From positions 82,240 to 146,239 of the forward strand of contig DAHWUP010000002.1 of assembly GCA_027334565.1 (NCBI GenBank): DNA of 64,000 bases, in the 5' to 3' direction. Positions 39,075 to 47,879 of this stretch are shown piece after piece. The translations under genes and the position numbers were made by a program. The notes beneath the pieces were generated by a model that was given only the letters and a program-made list of their open reading frames with translations, made no database searches and was not told where the DNA came from. The first letter of the stretch is position 1, and each line of letters opens with the position of its first letter. This DNA is from Candidatus Levyibacteriota bacterium. GTDB lineage: Bacteria; Patescibacteriota; Microgenomatia; Levybacterales; UBA12049.

Positions 39075-40061
39075 ATGGCAAAAATTTATTACTTTTTAGG
39101 ACATGAACAATTTCACCCCGAAAAGCTGGTCGAATTTGCAAGGACCGCGGAAACTGCCGGCTTCGACGGTCTTTTTGTATCCGAACACTTCAATCCCTGG
39201 GTGGATGATAAAGGTGCTTCGGGTTTCGCGTTTTCCACCCTCGGTGCGATCGCGGCGGTAACCCAAAGGATCGAACTGATGACGGGTGTGATCACTCCTC
39301 TATTTAGATATCATCCGGCGGTGATCGCACAGGCCGCGGCTACTCTGGATCGCATATCGGGGGGTAGATTCTACCTGGGCGTTGGAACCGGAGAGTCGAT
39401 TAACGAAACGCCGCTTGGTATCGAATTCCCCAAATACACCGAACGATCGGAAAGAATGATAGAGGCGCTGAAAATCATGCGTAGATTACTTGATAAGGAA
39501 AAGTTAAGTTTTGCCGGCAACTATTACAAAACCGAGAACGTAAAGTTGTACAGCCCACCGTTACACTCGATACCGATTTTAATGGCGGCCCAAGGACCAA
39601 AATCCGCCGAACTTGCGGCCGAATATTCCGACGGCATCATCGTCAGCATAAAGGACCCCAGGGAGCAAAATGAAAAAGTTATCGTACCGGCTAATAAAAA
39701 AAGGAAACTGCTGGGGAAAGCAAAATTGACAATCGTCACAAACCGATGGACTGTTTTTGCCAAAAACGAAGAACAGGCTCTAAAAGCCCTGGCACCCTGG
39801 CGTGGTTTGCGTTCGCCCGGAAGAGACACTGCTTATGACCCCAAACTATTGCAAGAGGAGGCAGATCTACTCAACAAAAATGAAATTCTAAGTAAATATA
39901 CGGTCTTGACCTCGGCCGAGGATTATATCGATGCATATTCGCCGCTAATTACCCAGCTGAATTCGGACATCGTGGTTATTCAGACCACAACCCACGAAAA
40001 TCAAGATGAATTAATTAGAATGATCGGCAAACAGGTCCTGACAAAACTTAAAAGACTATGA
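39075..40061 (+). CDS. LLM-class oxidoreductase, F420-dependent G6PDH (FGD)-like family
   Basis: HEQF, SEHFNPW, RYHPAVIAQAAATL, LGVGTGESINE. Confidence 0.88.
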   Translation: MAKIYYFLGHEQFHPEKLVEFARTAETAGFDGLFVSEHFNPWVDDKGASGFAFSTLGAIAAVTQRIELMTGVITPLFRYHPAVIAQAAATLDRISGGRFYLGVGTGESINETPLGIEFPKYTERSERMIEALKIMRRLLDKEKLSFAGNYYKTENVKLYSPPLHSIPILMAAQGPKSAELAAEYSDGIIVSIKDPREQNEKVIVPANKKRKLLGKAKLTIVTNRWTVFAKNEEQALKALAPWRGLRSPGRDTAYDPKLLQEEADLLNKNEILSKYTVLTSAEDYIDAYSPLITQLNSDIVVIQTTTHENQDELIRMIGKQVLTKLKRL

Positions 40062-40063
40062 TT

Positions 40064-41593
40064 TTATGACTCACTATATCCGGGAAAGAAGTCGGTGATA
40101 ATTCTATTGTTCTCTACTCCGGCATTTCTAAGAGTCGACTTAAAATTCTCAACCATCAGCTGAGGTCCCGAAATATAAAAAATCCTGTTAGGAGAATCCG
40201 GCACTATTTGTTTGATGTTTTGTTCGGTTATATGCCCTCCGACCCCCTGCCAATCCGACGGGATACGACTGGTATCGGTTAAAACAAATATGCTTTTTAC
40301 ACCGTTTAACCTTGCCCTTTCGAATAAATCGGAATAGATGATATCTTCCCTGGTCCGGTTGGCAAAAATCAAAACAATGTCAACCCGCATGTTCCGATCG
40401 ACGATATATTGAATCATGCTCCTAAACGGAGCTATTCCTACTCCTCCGGCGATGAATACTAACGGTTTCTTTAAATCTTTTGGAAGAACAAAATCCCCAG
40501 AAACCTGTGAAGCAATGATCTTTCCTCCCTGATTTAATGAAATAAGTTCTTTTTTATAACTGCTCGGTGGGCTGTAAAATTTAACAATCATCGAAAGTTT
40601 GTTTTCCGTCGGTGAAGAGGAGATACTAAAATATCTTCTGTTCCCCCTTGAATCTTCGTTCTTGTGAGCGAGGGTCCATTCCAAATACTGTCCGGGGATG
40701 AAGGCAAAACCCGGTTCTTTATCAAATATAAATTCGAAGGTATCACGACTTAATTGTATCCTTTGTCTTAAATAAAGTACCATCCTCGACGTCGGACTAA
40801 TAATATAAGAAAAAACATTGCCCAAAACCAATGCCAATTCCGGAGTGAAGGTATATGTCAATCTTAATGAAGGGGTCGCATATAAAAATGCGACCAGATA
40901 GGCAAAATAGTTTCTTTTTTGCCTGGTGTTAGGTGAAGTCAACGGTTCGGTAAACATTACAAACGTAAAGAAAAACAACGCCGAATCCAAAACGTTTAAC
41001 CGCCAAAGCGAAATGACGGAAGTTAAATTCCCCCCCCTTATAAATGAGCCCGCGGCGATGACCACCAAGTACAAAGACAAGAAATTGAATATCATATCTT
41101 CTCTTTGCATTTTCCTTACAATCAAAAGTCCTCCAAAGAAAACGAAAGGGAGCATCACCGGAGTTCCCACCCACCATGTTGCTGAGTGCTCAGGTGAAAG
41201 TAAGGCTATCGCGGCAACGGAAACCGCAGCCGGATTAAAAATATGTCGTTTGTCTATCGTCAAAAGATATTTTGAAGCCATCGCGACTACCGACGCGGCT
41301 ATGATATATGGCAAACTTAAAGGATATTTAACCGGGACAATCAACGCAAGAATCAACGCAGTGATATAGACCGATTCCACATTGGGTACGGCATTAAAAA
41401 ATTTCGCAAAAATATAATTGGAAACAAATCCCGCAATTACCGCTGCAAAGACACTAATCGTGATATCCAAAGGATTATAGCTCAAGATTTTAAGAAAGCT
41501 AAGAATTATGGCCATTACTATCAAAAAAATTAGATAGTACAACGTCAACCTGTACATGGTTATTCTGTTTAAAAAATTATCGATTGTTTTCAT
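40064..41593 (-). CDS. RnfD/NqrB-like membrane domain fused to FNR-type FAD/NAD(P)H oxidoreductase
   Basis: HIFNPAA and MFTEPLTSP (RnfD-like); PGQY, RYFSISSSP, GGVGIAPF, SGP (FNR). Confidence 0.88.
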   Translation of the reverse strand: MKTIDNFLNRITMYRLTLYYLIFLIVMAIILSFLKILSYNPLDITISVFAAVIAGFVSNYIFAKFFNAVPNVESVYITALILALIVPVKYPLSLPYIIAASVVAMASKYLLTIDKRHIFNPAAVSVAAIALLSPEHSATWWVGTPVMLPFVFFGGLLIVRKMQREDMIFNFLSLYLVVIAAGSFIRGGNLTSVISLWRLNVLDSALFFFTFVMFTEPLTSPNTRQKRNYFAYLVAFLYATPSLRLTYTFTPELALVLGNVFSYIISPTSRMVLYLRQRIQLSRDTFEFIFDKEPGFAFIPGQYLEWTLAHKNEDSRGNRRYFSISSSPTENKLSMIVKFYSPPSSYKKELISLNQGGKIIASQVSGDFVLPKDLKKPLVFIAGGVGIAPFRSMIQYIVDRNMRVDIVLIFANRTREDIIYSDLFERARLNGVKSIFVLTDTSRIPSDWQGVGGHITEQNIKQIVPDSPNRIFYISGPQLMVENFKSTLRNAGVENNRIITDFFPGYSES

Positions 41594-41600
41594 AATATTT

Positions 41601-42335
41601 TTAATAAACGGTATATTTTTCAAAACCATCCGTAAATATAGCCTGCTTGTCTTTGGTCACCAGGTAGCCTTCGATATTTTTCAATCCTTGCAAAAATCTT
41701 ATCCCCTTGATGCCCATTGCGAATGTCGCCGTCGCGAATCTGTCCGCGTCATAAATATCGTCGGCAATTACCGTTACCGAAGCAATTTCATTTGCTTTCT
41801 TTTTACCGATCGGATCATAAATATGCTCTCCCCTTTGGTAGTTTCCCGATGTTGCTATACCTTTTTCGGCAAGGTAAACTACTTTAATTATCTCCTTGCG
41901 GTTAAACGGATTCTGTATGCCGACACTCCACTTCTTACCCTTTTGGTTCATACCGTTTGTTTGGATATCTCCGGCTATTTCTACATAAAAATTTTTCAAA
42001 CCCTTTTTGCGTAAGATTTTTGCTCCTTGTGAAATGGCATAACCCTTGACGATGCCGGACGGATCGATTTTTTCCCCGACCTGTATATCAAAATAACCAT
42101 GGGTAACTGTTTTCGTCTCTTCGGATAACCGCAATATTTTTTTCATGATACGGCTTAACTGCAAGGTTTCTTGATTGTTATATCTTGATACTTCGCTGTC
42201 ATTTTTATATGTACTAAAAGTTTTGTCGATATAATGAAAATACGCAAAGACTTCGTTCAGGTCCTCATTCGTTACCTTCTTGTCGCATACCTCTATTATT
42301 ACCGGCATCCCCATTATCGATTTTTGTCTTTTCAT
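41601..42335 (-). CDS. apbE: FAD:protein FMN transferase (short, no signal peptide)
   Basis: MGM, FSTYK..SE, DPSGIVKG, GDI, ATSG.Y.RG.HI.DP, SVTV......AD..ATA. Confidence 0.93.
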   Translation of the reverse strand: MKRQKSIMGMPVIIEVCDKKVTNEDLNEVFAYFHYIDKTFSTYKNDSEVSRYNNQETLQLSRIMKKILRLSEETKTVTHGYFDIQVGEKIDPSGIVKGYAISQGAKILRKKGLKNFYVEIAGDIQTNGMNQKGKKWSVGIQNPFNRKEIIKVVYLAEKGIATSGNYQRGEHIYDPIGKKKANEIASVTVIADDIYDADRFATATFAMGIKGIRFLQGLKNIEGYLVTKDKQAIFTDGFEKYTVY

Positions 42336-42345
42336 ATTTTTTCAA

Positions 42346-42867
42346 TTATTTCGCCTGAGCCAGCGCGTCTGCCAAAGACTGTTGAAAGGCCTGGCTTGAA
42401 GCCGACGCCCCCGAAATTAGGTCGACATTGGCACTTTGCGCCTGAAGGGCTTCCTGCTTTAGATAGGGTAAGGCCTGGCTGTTCACGTACTGGGAAGTCG
42501 GGTTGTCGTTTGGATACTGCAGAAAGACTACATCGGTTAACCTTCCGCCCGAGACTACTGCCTGTACCTGAATATTGCCGTAGAAAGCGTCGGCAACACT
42601 ACCCGTAAAAGTTCCATCCTTATACATTCCGGATGGACTGGGAGTAGGTGTCTGGGTGGGTGCAACAGTGACCTGGGAAACGTTTGGGCCGGTTGCCTGT
42701 TGTGAAGTCCGGGATGGGGTTGGTGTTGAGGTGATTGATTGTATGGGAGTGTTTAATGCTTGGTTTTTTCCTACCACCGGCCTCTCATCTCCCCCGTGCA
42801 ACTGTCTAAATACTACAAGCAAACCGAAAATTGTCAAAACCGATGTAATCTGAAAATATTTTCTCAT
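42346..42867 (-). CDS. Membrane-anchored FMN-binding (flavinylated) protein
   Basis: YKDGTFTG, YG..QV, DLISGAS flavinylation motif; PT linker. Confidence 0.92.
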   Translation of the reverse strand: MRKYFQITSVLTIFGLLVVFRQLHGGDERPVVGKNQALNTPIQSITSTPTPSRTSQQATGPNVSQVTVAPTQTPTPSPSGMYKDGTFTGSVADAFYGNIQVQAVVSGGRLTDVVFLQYPNDNPTSQYVNSQALPYLKQEALQAQSANVDLISGASASSQAFQQSLADALAQAK

Positions 42868-42889
42868 GAACTTATATTTACGAAATCAG

Positions 42890-42905
42890 CTTAAAATTGG
42901 TTGAA
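42890..42905 (-). promoter_or_regulatory. Direct repeat TTCAA-N6-TTAAG, 23 bp upstream of ATG
   Basis: cttaa at 42890, ttgaa at 42901. Confidence 0.5.
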
Positions 42906-42929
42906 ATAATCTTGTATAAATTTTAGCGA

Positions 42930-43364
42930 TTATTTCGCTTGATTTAAAGCGTCTGTCAACGAAGCAATAAAAGCCGGCGATGAAGCCGACGCCCCGGACA
43001 CAGCATCAATGTTGGCATTTTGCGCCTGAATAGCCTCCTGTTTTAGATAAGGTAGGGCCTGAGAATTGATATACTGCGAAGTCCGGTTATCGTTCGGGTA
43101 TTGCAAAAAAATCACGTCGGTTAATTTACCACCGGCTATTACAGCCTGAACCTGCATATTGCCGTAAAATGCATCTGCGATGCTGCCCGTATAGGTCCCG
43201 TCCTTATATGGACCGGCTGTTACCGAAGCTACGTTGGAAGACCCCGTACCGCTCGCAGAGCTTGAAAAGGTATTCAATAAACTACCCGTGTTTTTCATTT
43301 GTCTGACCAGCACCAAAATGACAAATGCTCCCAAAATCAGCACGCCCCGCAAATATTTTTTCAT
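42930..43364 (-). CDS. Membrane-anchored FMN-binding (flavinylated) protein, paralog
   Basis: YKDGTYTG, DAVSGAS motif; C-terminal domain highly similar to 42346-42867. Confidence 0.92.
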   Translation of the reverse strand: MKKYLRGVLILGAFVILVLVRQMKNTGSLLNTFSSSASGTGSSNVASVTAGPYKDGTYTGSIADAFYGNMQVQAVIAGGKLTDVIFLQYPNDNRTSQYINSQALPYLKQEAIQAQNANIDAVSGASASSPAFIASLTDALNQAK

Positions 43365-43388
43365 ATTTTCTAAATTTAAAAGAAGTGG

Positions 43389-43404
43389 CTTAAAGTTAGC
43401 TGAA
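43389..43404 (-). promoter_or_regulatory. Direct repeat TTCAG-N6-TTAAG, 25 bp upstream of ATG
   Basis: cttaa at 43389, ctgaa at 43400, then 10 nt and TAAATT on the minus strand. Confidence 0.5.
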
Positions 43405-43413
43405 GAAATTGAA

Positions 43414-44160
43414 TTAACCTTCTAGTTCTTTGGCCGCGTATCTGTAATTACAAAAATCACAGTCCGGTGAACTTGGAGGTAACTGAGCGCTGTTCAAACA
43501 TTTATAGGCATTTAGGATCTCTTTCTCTACCCATGAATCATCACCGTAGTAAGGAATTATCTTTATATCGAATTCCAGTCTTGCATCAAATCTGTCAATA
43601 TCTGTTCTTCCGTTACAATATACGAAGTATCCCGTTTTGGAAACCGCAAAATCATTTTTTCTGAACAACCATTGATATACTTCCATCTGCCGCTTATAAC
43701 CGATTTGCCAATCCGCATCCAAGTTTACCTCCTCCTCTTTTGAAGTAGACTTATAATCAACAATGATAAATTCTTGCCGCGGATTTATCCAAATGTCGTC
43801 AACCCCGCCGGTAATAACAAAATTGGTATTTTTGTCTTTATAGGTTATACCTTTAAATGGATCCCTCCATTCGTTCAACTTCTCGTGTCGAAGCGGAATG
43901 GCATCGATTCCAAATTTTTTCATCAGGGGATGCTGTTCGCCTTTCTCTCGCAAAATATCAAATTCTTTTTTCAGTAATTTATCTACCGCTGAATTCAATG
44001 AAAACGGAAAACCCGGAGGTTGGGCAACACCTAATTTCCTGTCCATATAAAAACATCTTTGACAATTTAAAAAAAGGTCAAGTTTGGATCGACTTAACCG
44101 AAAGTCTCTGTCTTTTGTATACAAATTTCCTTTTCTTCTAGAATTGTAAAAGCCGGACAT
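43414..44160 (-). CDS. PD-(D/E)XK nuclease, Cas4/AddB-like, stand-alone
   Basis: LSRSK....C.RC, G.VDD, IVDYKS, Q...Y, C-terminal CDFC. Confidence 0.88.
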   Translation of the reverse strand: MSGFYNSRRKGNLYTKDRDFRLSRSKLDLFLNCQRCFYMDRKLGVAQPPGFPFSLNSAVDKLLKKEFDILREKGEQHPLMKKFGIDAIPLRHEKLNEWRDPFKGITYKDKNTNFVITGGVDDIWINPRQEFIIVDYKSTSKEEEVNLDADWQIGYKRQMEVYQWLFRKNDFAVSKTGYFVYCNGRTDIDRFDARLEFDIKIIPYYGDDSWVEKEILNAYKCLNSAQLPPSSPDCDFCNYRYAAKELEG

Positions 44161-44164
44161 AAAA

Positions 44165-44794
44165 TTATCCCGATTTATAGCGCCTTCCCGCTCTTTGCCA
44201 GAAGTTTACAAAACCCGCAAATCCACTGCTTTTTCCGTAACCGATAGGGCTTTTTTTCTCTTCAATTTGCAGTTGATCCCGCGCTTCCATCATGTCTGCC
44301 AGTTCTTCGACCATCTCAATATCGTCCGTCGCCTCGGAGAATTCCACAAACTCTTCTTTTATTTTTTTAGCCAAATGCCAAGGCAGCTCCTGATAGGTTA
44401 TTGTTCTAATAGAAAAAGGTATATTTTTAACTTTTAAAACATCGGTCACTTTATCCCTGACCAGCTTCGGAAGATCGGGATGTTCCTGTCCGTCCTCATC
44501 GCTTACCAGGATAATCCCCTTGGTAAAACCGCCATTGGTTATTCTTTTTGCTTTTTGTCTGTTTCTAATCCTTTCCATGGATAGGTTGGGATTTGCTTCA
44601 ATTATCTTTTCCATATCCGCAGAGATTTGTGAAAGACAGTTATCAAGTTCAACTTGGGACCGGTGATTAAACCAAGTTACGACATTCTTCTGAAGCTCTA
44701 CGCAATTTGAACCTAAGTTCGCCAATACTCCGCCTGATTGAGTTTCTGCTACCTGCGCGTTTTCAATATGTACATTATCACCGCTAATTTCCAT
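44165..44794 (-). CDS. MazG-like NTP pyrophosphohydrolase (COG4997-like), permuted motif order
   Basis: KLVRDK, KKIKEE..E, EELAD; KR..GGF motif located N-terminal to them. Confidence 0.7.
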   Translation of the reverse strand: MEISGDNVHIENAQVAETQSGGVLANLGSNCVELQKNVVTWFNHRSQVELDNCLSQISADMEKIIEANPNLSMERIRNRQKAKRITNGGFTKGIILVSDEDGQEHPDLPKLVRDKVTDVLKVKNIPFSIRTITYQELPWHLAKKIKEEFVEFSEATDDIEMVEELADMMEARDQLQIEEKKSPIGYGKSSGFAGFVNFWQRAGRRYKSG

Positions 44795-44884
44795 CTTGTT
44801 TTTCATTTTAGCAGATTTTATAAGAAAATATTGTATTTTAGCCGAGGTAGTGTTAGAATACTTTCTACTTCTGTCCCAAGATTT

Positions 44885-45256
44885 ATGCCGGCACGACATG
44901 AACAATTACCCAGTTCTCCTCCGTGGAGACTAAAACCTTTTAGAACGGAGTTTATTCTAAGGTATCCGAGTTGGGAAAGGCTTGAAAACGATATCAAAGC
45001 ACAATACGTAAACGATGCACACATGACGACCATGTTTTCGGAATATAAAGATATGTACCAACTTTTTTACAAAGCGAGAGAGGACGTACTTTTGGGCAAA
45101 GGTTCCGATGCCTTAAACTACTTCCAACGTACCTTCACTATGCCGGACGGACAACTTTATTCCCCCGAGCTTGTTGAAGCTTCCGTTCCAATATTCACAA
45201 CGGTCAGGGACGCGCTTGACGCCAGAAAAGCATCGATGAGAATCAGAACCAGATAA
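44885..45256 (+). CDS. Hypothetical protein (ORFan)
   Basis: Frame from ATG 44885; upstream extension overlaps the opposite gene. Confidence 0.55.
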   Translation: MPARHEQLPSSPPWRLKPFRTEFILRYPSWERLENDIKAQYVNDAHMTTMFSEYKDMYQLFYKAREDVLLGKGSDALNYFQRTFTMPDGQLYSPELVEASVPIFTTVRDALDARKASMRIRTR

Positions 45257-45258
45257 AA

Positions 45259-45642
45259 TTAAAGCTTCATTGAAAATCTGACAATTTTTAATTCTTTGCC
45301 TTCGTGGAATTGCAAAGGCACCGGACGGTAACTCGGACTGACTTTTCCTATTCTTCTCATCGCGAAATCATCACTGTCATCGCTGTCGTCGATCAACAAA
45401 CACCCGCTATCCGACACGGCAATAAGCGATTCGGGTCTTATGCCATAGATATCGGCAACCGGATTTTTGGCATCAAAAACAAACAGATACGCCATTTGTC
45501 TGCCGTCTTGCCGTTTGTTGACAATTGCCATTTTTCTTCTATCCGGGGTCGGAGTGATGTAGGCAACCGAACTGACCACAGGGTCTTTTCCTTCTGCCAC
45601 CCGACTTATATCTAATTCCTGAGCTTCGATTCGTAACGACAT
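45259..45642 (-). CDS. Hypothetical protein (ORFan)
   Basis: TTGACA...TATAAT then 6 nt to ATG 45642. Confidence 0.6.
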   Translation of the reverse strand: MSLRIEAQELDISRVAEGKDPVVSSVAYITPTPDRRKMAIVNKRQDGRQMAYLFVFDAKNPVADIYGIRPESLIAVSDSGCLLIDDSDDSDDFAMRRIGKVSPSYRPVPLQFHEGKELKIVRFSMKL

Positions 45643-45726
45643 GACGTAATTATAGAACAAATTCTGCATTTGTCAACTATAGGACTACTACGACTCCCGT
45701 TTTTTGACGTATGTTAGAATGATAAT

Positions 45727-47001
45727 ATGGCATTTATAAAAAACTATCCCGACCTTGCGGTCAACGATAAACGTGAGGTCGTACTCGATCTTATTGAAGA
45801 AGCTTTATCCTCAATTACTCCGCGAAGCGTCATCGAAAAAGAATTTAAGGTCAAAGATAACATTCTTACAATCAGCGGCCATAAATTCAACCTCAATGAG
45901 TACGAAAAAACCTTTATTTTGGGCTTCGGTAAAGGTTCTGCCAAAATCTGCAGACTGATGGAAGACACTCTGGGAATTTATTTGAACGGGGGTTTCGTAA
46001 TCGATGTGAAAACCGAGAGCTTTGAAAAAATCGAATTTTGCCACGGGACACATCCTGTCCCCTCGCAATTAAATATTGACTTCAGCAAAAAGGCGATCGC
46101 AGGCTTAGGTAACTTAAACGAAAGGACACTGGTTTTGGTGGTAATCTGCGGCGGTGGCTCCGTACTTTTCGATGTACCGAACATCGATCTGGACAAACTG
46201 ATAAAAGTTAATAATCGGCTCTTACTCTGCGGCGCAGACATTCGCGAAATAAATACCATCCGAAAACATCTGTCTAAAATCAAAGGCGGGGGTTTGGCAA
46301 AGATATTAAAACCGGCAAAGATCGTTTCATTGGTTTTTTCCGATGTCTTGGGAAACGATTTGTCGATGGTTGCATCCGGTCCGACCGTTTTTGACAATAC
46401 CTCAATTTATGACGCACTCGACATTTATCACAAATACGGCCTTGAAAACTTAGGTATTACGGAAAATGATTTTATTGAAACCCCCAAAGACGAGAATGTT
46501 TTTTTTGGAAATGACGAAATCTTGATGCTAAGCAATCAAACCGCACTTATGGCCATGTTTAAAAAAGCCGGCAAATTAAATATCGACTGCGAAATTTATT
46601 CCGACAAGTTTCAATCCGACGCGGAACTGGCGGGAAAAGCCCTGATCGAAAATACCAAACCCCATTCGATTCTTCTGGCAGGCGGCGAAACGACGCTTAA
46701 CATAACAAATCCAAACGGCAAAGGCGGAAGAAACCAGGTGGTAGTTCTGTCATCACTTTATTATCTAAACGATAAAACCGTGGTTGCTTCTTTTGACTCA
46801 GACGGATGGGACAACGGTCCGGTCGCGGGCGCAATCGGCGATTCGGAAACTCTTGAGAAAGCAAAACATTTAGGACTCAACCCGCAGGAATATCTGGAAA
46901 AAGACAACAGTTTTGTTTTCTTTAAAAATGTCCAGGATGCGATTATTACCGATAGACTAGATAGCAATATTTCTGATTTAATAATAATATATAGAAAATA
47001 A
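45727..47001 (+). CDS. Glycerate 2-kinase (DUF4147/MOFRL)
   Basis: GFGK, HPVP, GGGS, RKHLSKIKGG.L, SDV.G......SGP, GGETT, GGRNQ, SDG.D. Confidence 0.93.
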   Translation: MAFIKNYPDLAVNDKREVVLDLIEEALSSITPRSVIEKEFKVKDNILTISGHKFNLNEYEKTFILGFGKGSAKICRLMEDTLGIYLNGGFVIDVKTESFEKIEFCHGTHPVPSQLNIDFSKKAIAGLGNLNERTLVLVVICGGGSVLFDVPNIDLDKLIKVNNRLLLCGADIREINTIRKHLSKIKGGGLAKILKPAKIVSLVFSDVLGNDLSMVASGPTVFDNTSIYDALDIYHKYGLENLGITENDFIETPKDENVFFGNDEILMLSNQTALMAMFKKAGKLNIDCEIYSDKFQSDAELAGKALIENTKPHSILLAGGETTLNITNPNGKGGRNQVVVLSSLYYLNDKTVVASFDSDGWDNGPVAGAIGDSETLEKAKHLGLNPQEYLEKDNSFVFFKNVQDAIITDRLDSNISDLIIIYRK

Positions 47002-47003
47002 CT

Positions 47004-47870
47004 ATGGACTCGCCTGCCCTAGAAAACGATAAACTGTTCGATCTTAAACTTAAAGCCAATAGAGCAAGGGAACTGGTCATTGAATCTTTGCTTGAGGCAG
47101 GTTCCGGTCATTCTGCCGGTTCTTTAGGTATGGCCGATATTTTTACCGCGTTTTATTTCCACATTTTACGGCACGACCCCAAAAACCCCGACTGGCCTGA
47201 CAGAGACAGACTGATCTTATCTAACGGACATATTTGCCCGCTAAGATACGCGATGATGGCAATGTCCGGATATTTTCCGGAAGATGAGCTTAAAACTCTT
47301 CGAAAAATCGGCTCAAGACTTCAGGGACACCCCCACCGTATTACACTGCCGGGACTTGAGACCACTTCGGGTCCTCTGGGCGAAGGATTGTCGCAAGCCA
47401 TCGGAATCGCGCTGGCAGCCAAACTTGACAATAAATCATATCAAACCTATGTACTTACGTCCGACGGCGAACATCAAGAAGGTAATACTTGGGAGGCAGT
47501 CCAGTTCGCGGGAAAAATAAGGCTTAACAATATGACCGAAGTTATAGACAGGAACAACATTCAAATCGACGGATTCACCGAAAACATCATGCCGCTTGAA
47601 CCGTTAAAAGAAAAATACTTAAGTTTCGGTTGGGAGGTTTTCGAGGCAAACGGAAACGATATAGCCGCCTTTGTCGAAACTATAAGAAAGGTACGTATGG
47701 TTTACGACAAACCCTCTTGTATTATCGCCCATACTATTCCCGGCAAAGGAGTAACTTTTATGGAAAACGATTATAACTGGCACGGCAAAGCGCCGGACAA
47801 GGATGAAGCCGAAAAAGCACTGAACGAAATTAGAAATTTTCGCGAAAAAATTCTTAGCGATCGCGAATAA
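47004..47870 (+). CDS. Transketolase, N-terminal (ThDP-binding) subunit
   Basis: SGH, DRLILSNGH, LQGHP, GPLGEG, DGE..EG, WHG. Confidence 0.95.
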   Translation: MDSPALENDKLFDLKLKANRARELVIESLLEAGSGHSAGSLGMADIFTAFYFHILRHDPKNPDWPDRDRLILSNGHICPLRYAMMAMSGYFPEDELKTLRKIGSRLQGHPHRITLPGLETTSGPLGEGLSQAIGIALAAKLDNKSYQTYVLTSDGEHQEGNTWEAVQFAGKIRLNNMTEVIDRNNIQIDGFTENIMPLEPLKEKYLSFGWEVFEANGNDIAAFVETIRKVRMVYDKPSCIIAHTIPGKGVTFMENDYNWHGKAPDKDEAEKALNEIRNFREKILSDRE

Positions 47871-47879
47871 TATGGATTT

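Noticed and set aside
43414-44160. CRISPR-Cas locus
   Set aside because: Only a solo Cas4-like nuclease; no repeat-spacer array or other cas genes seen in the window
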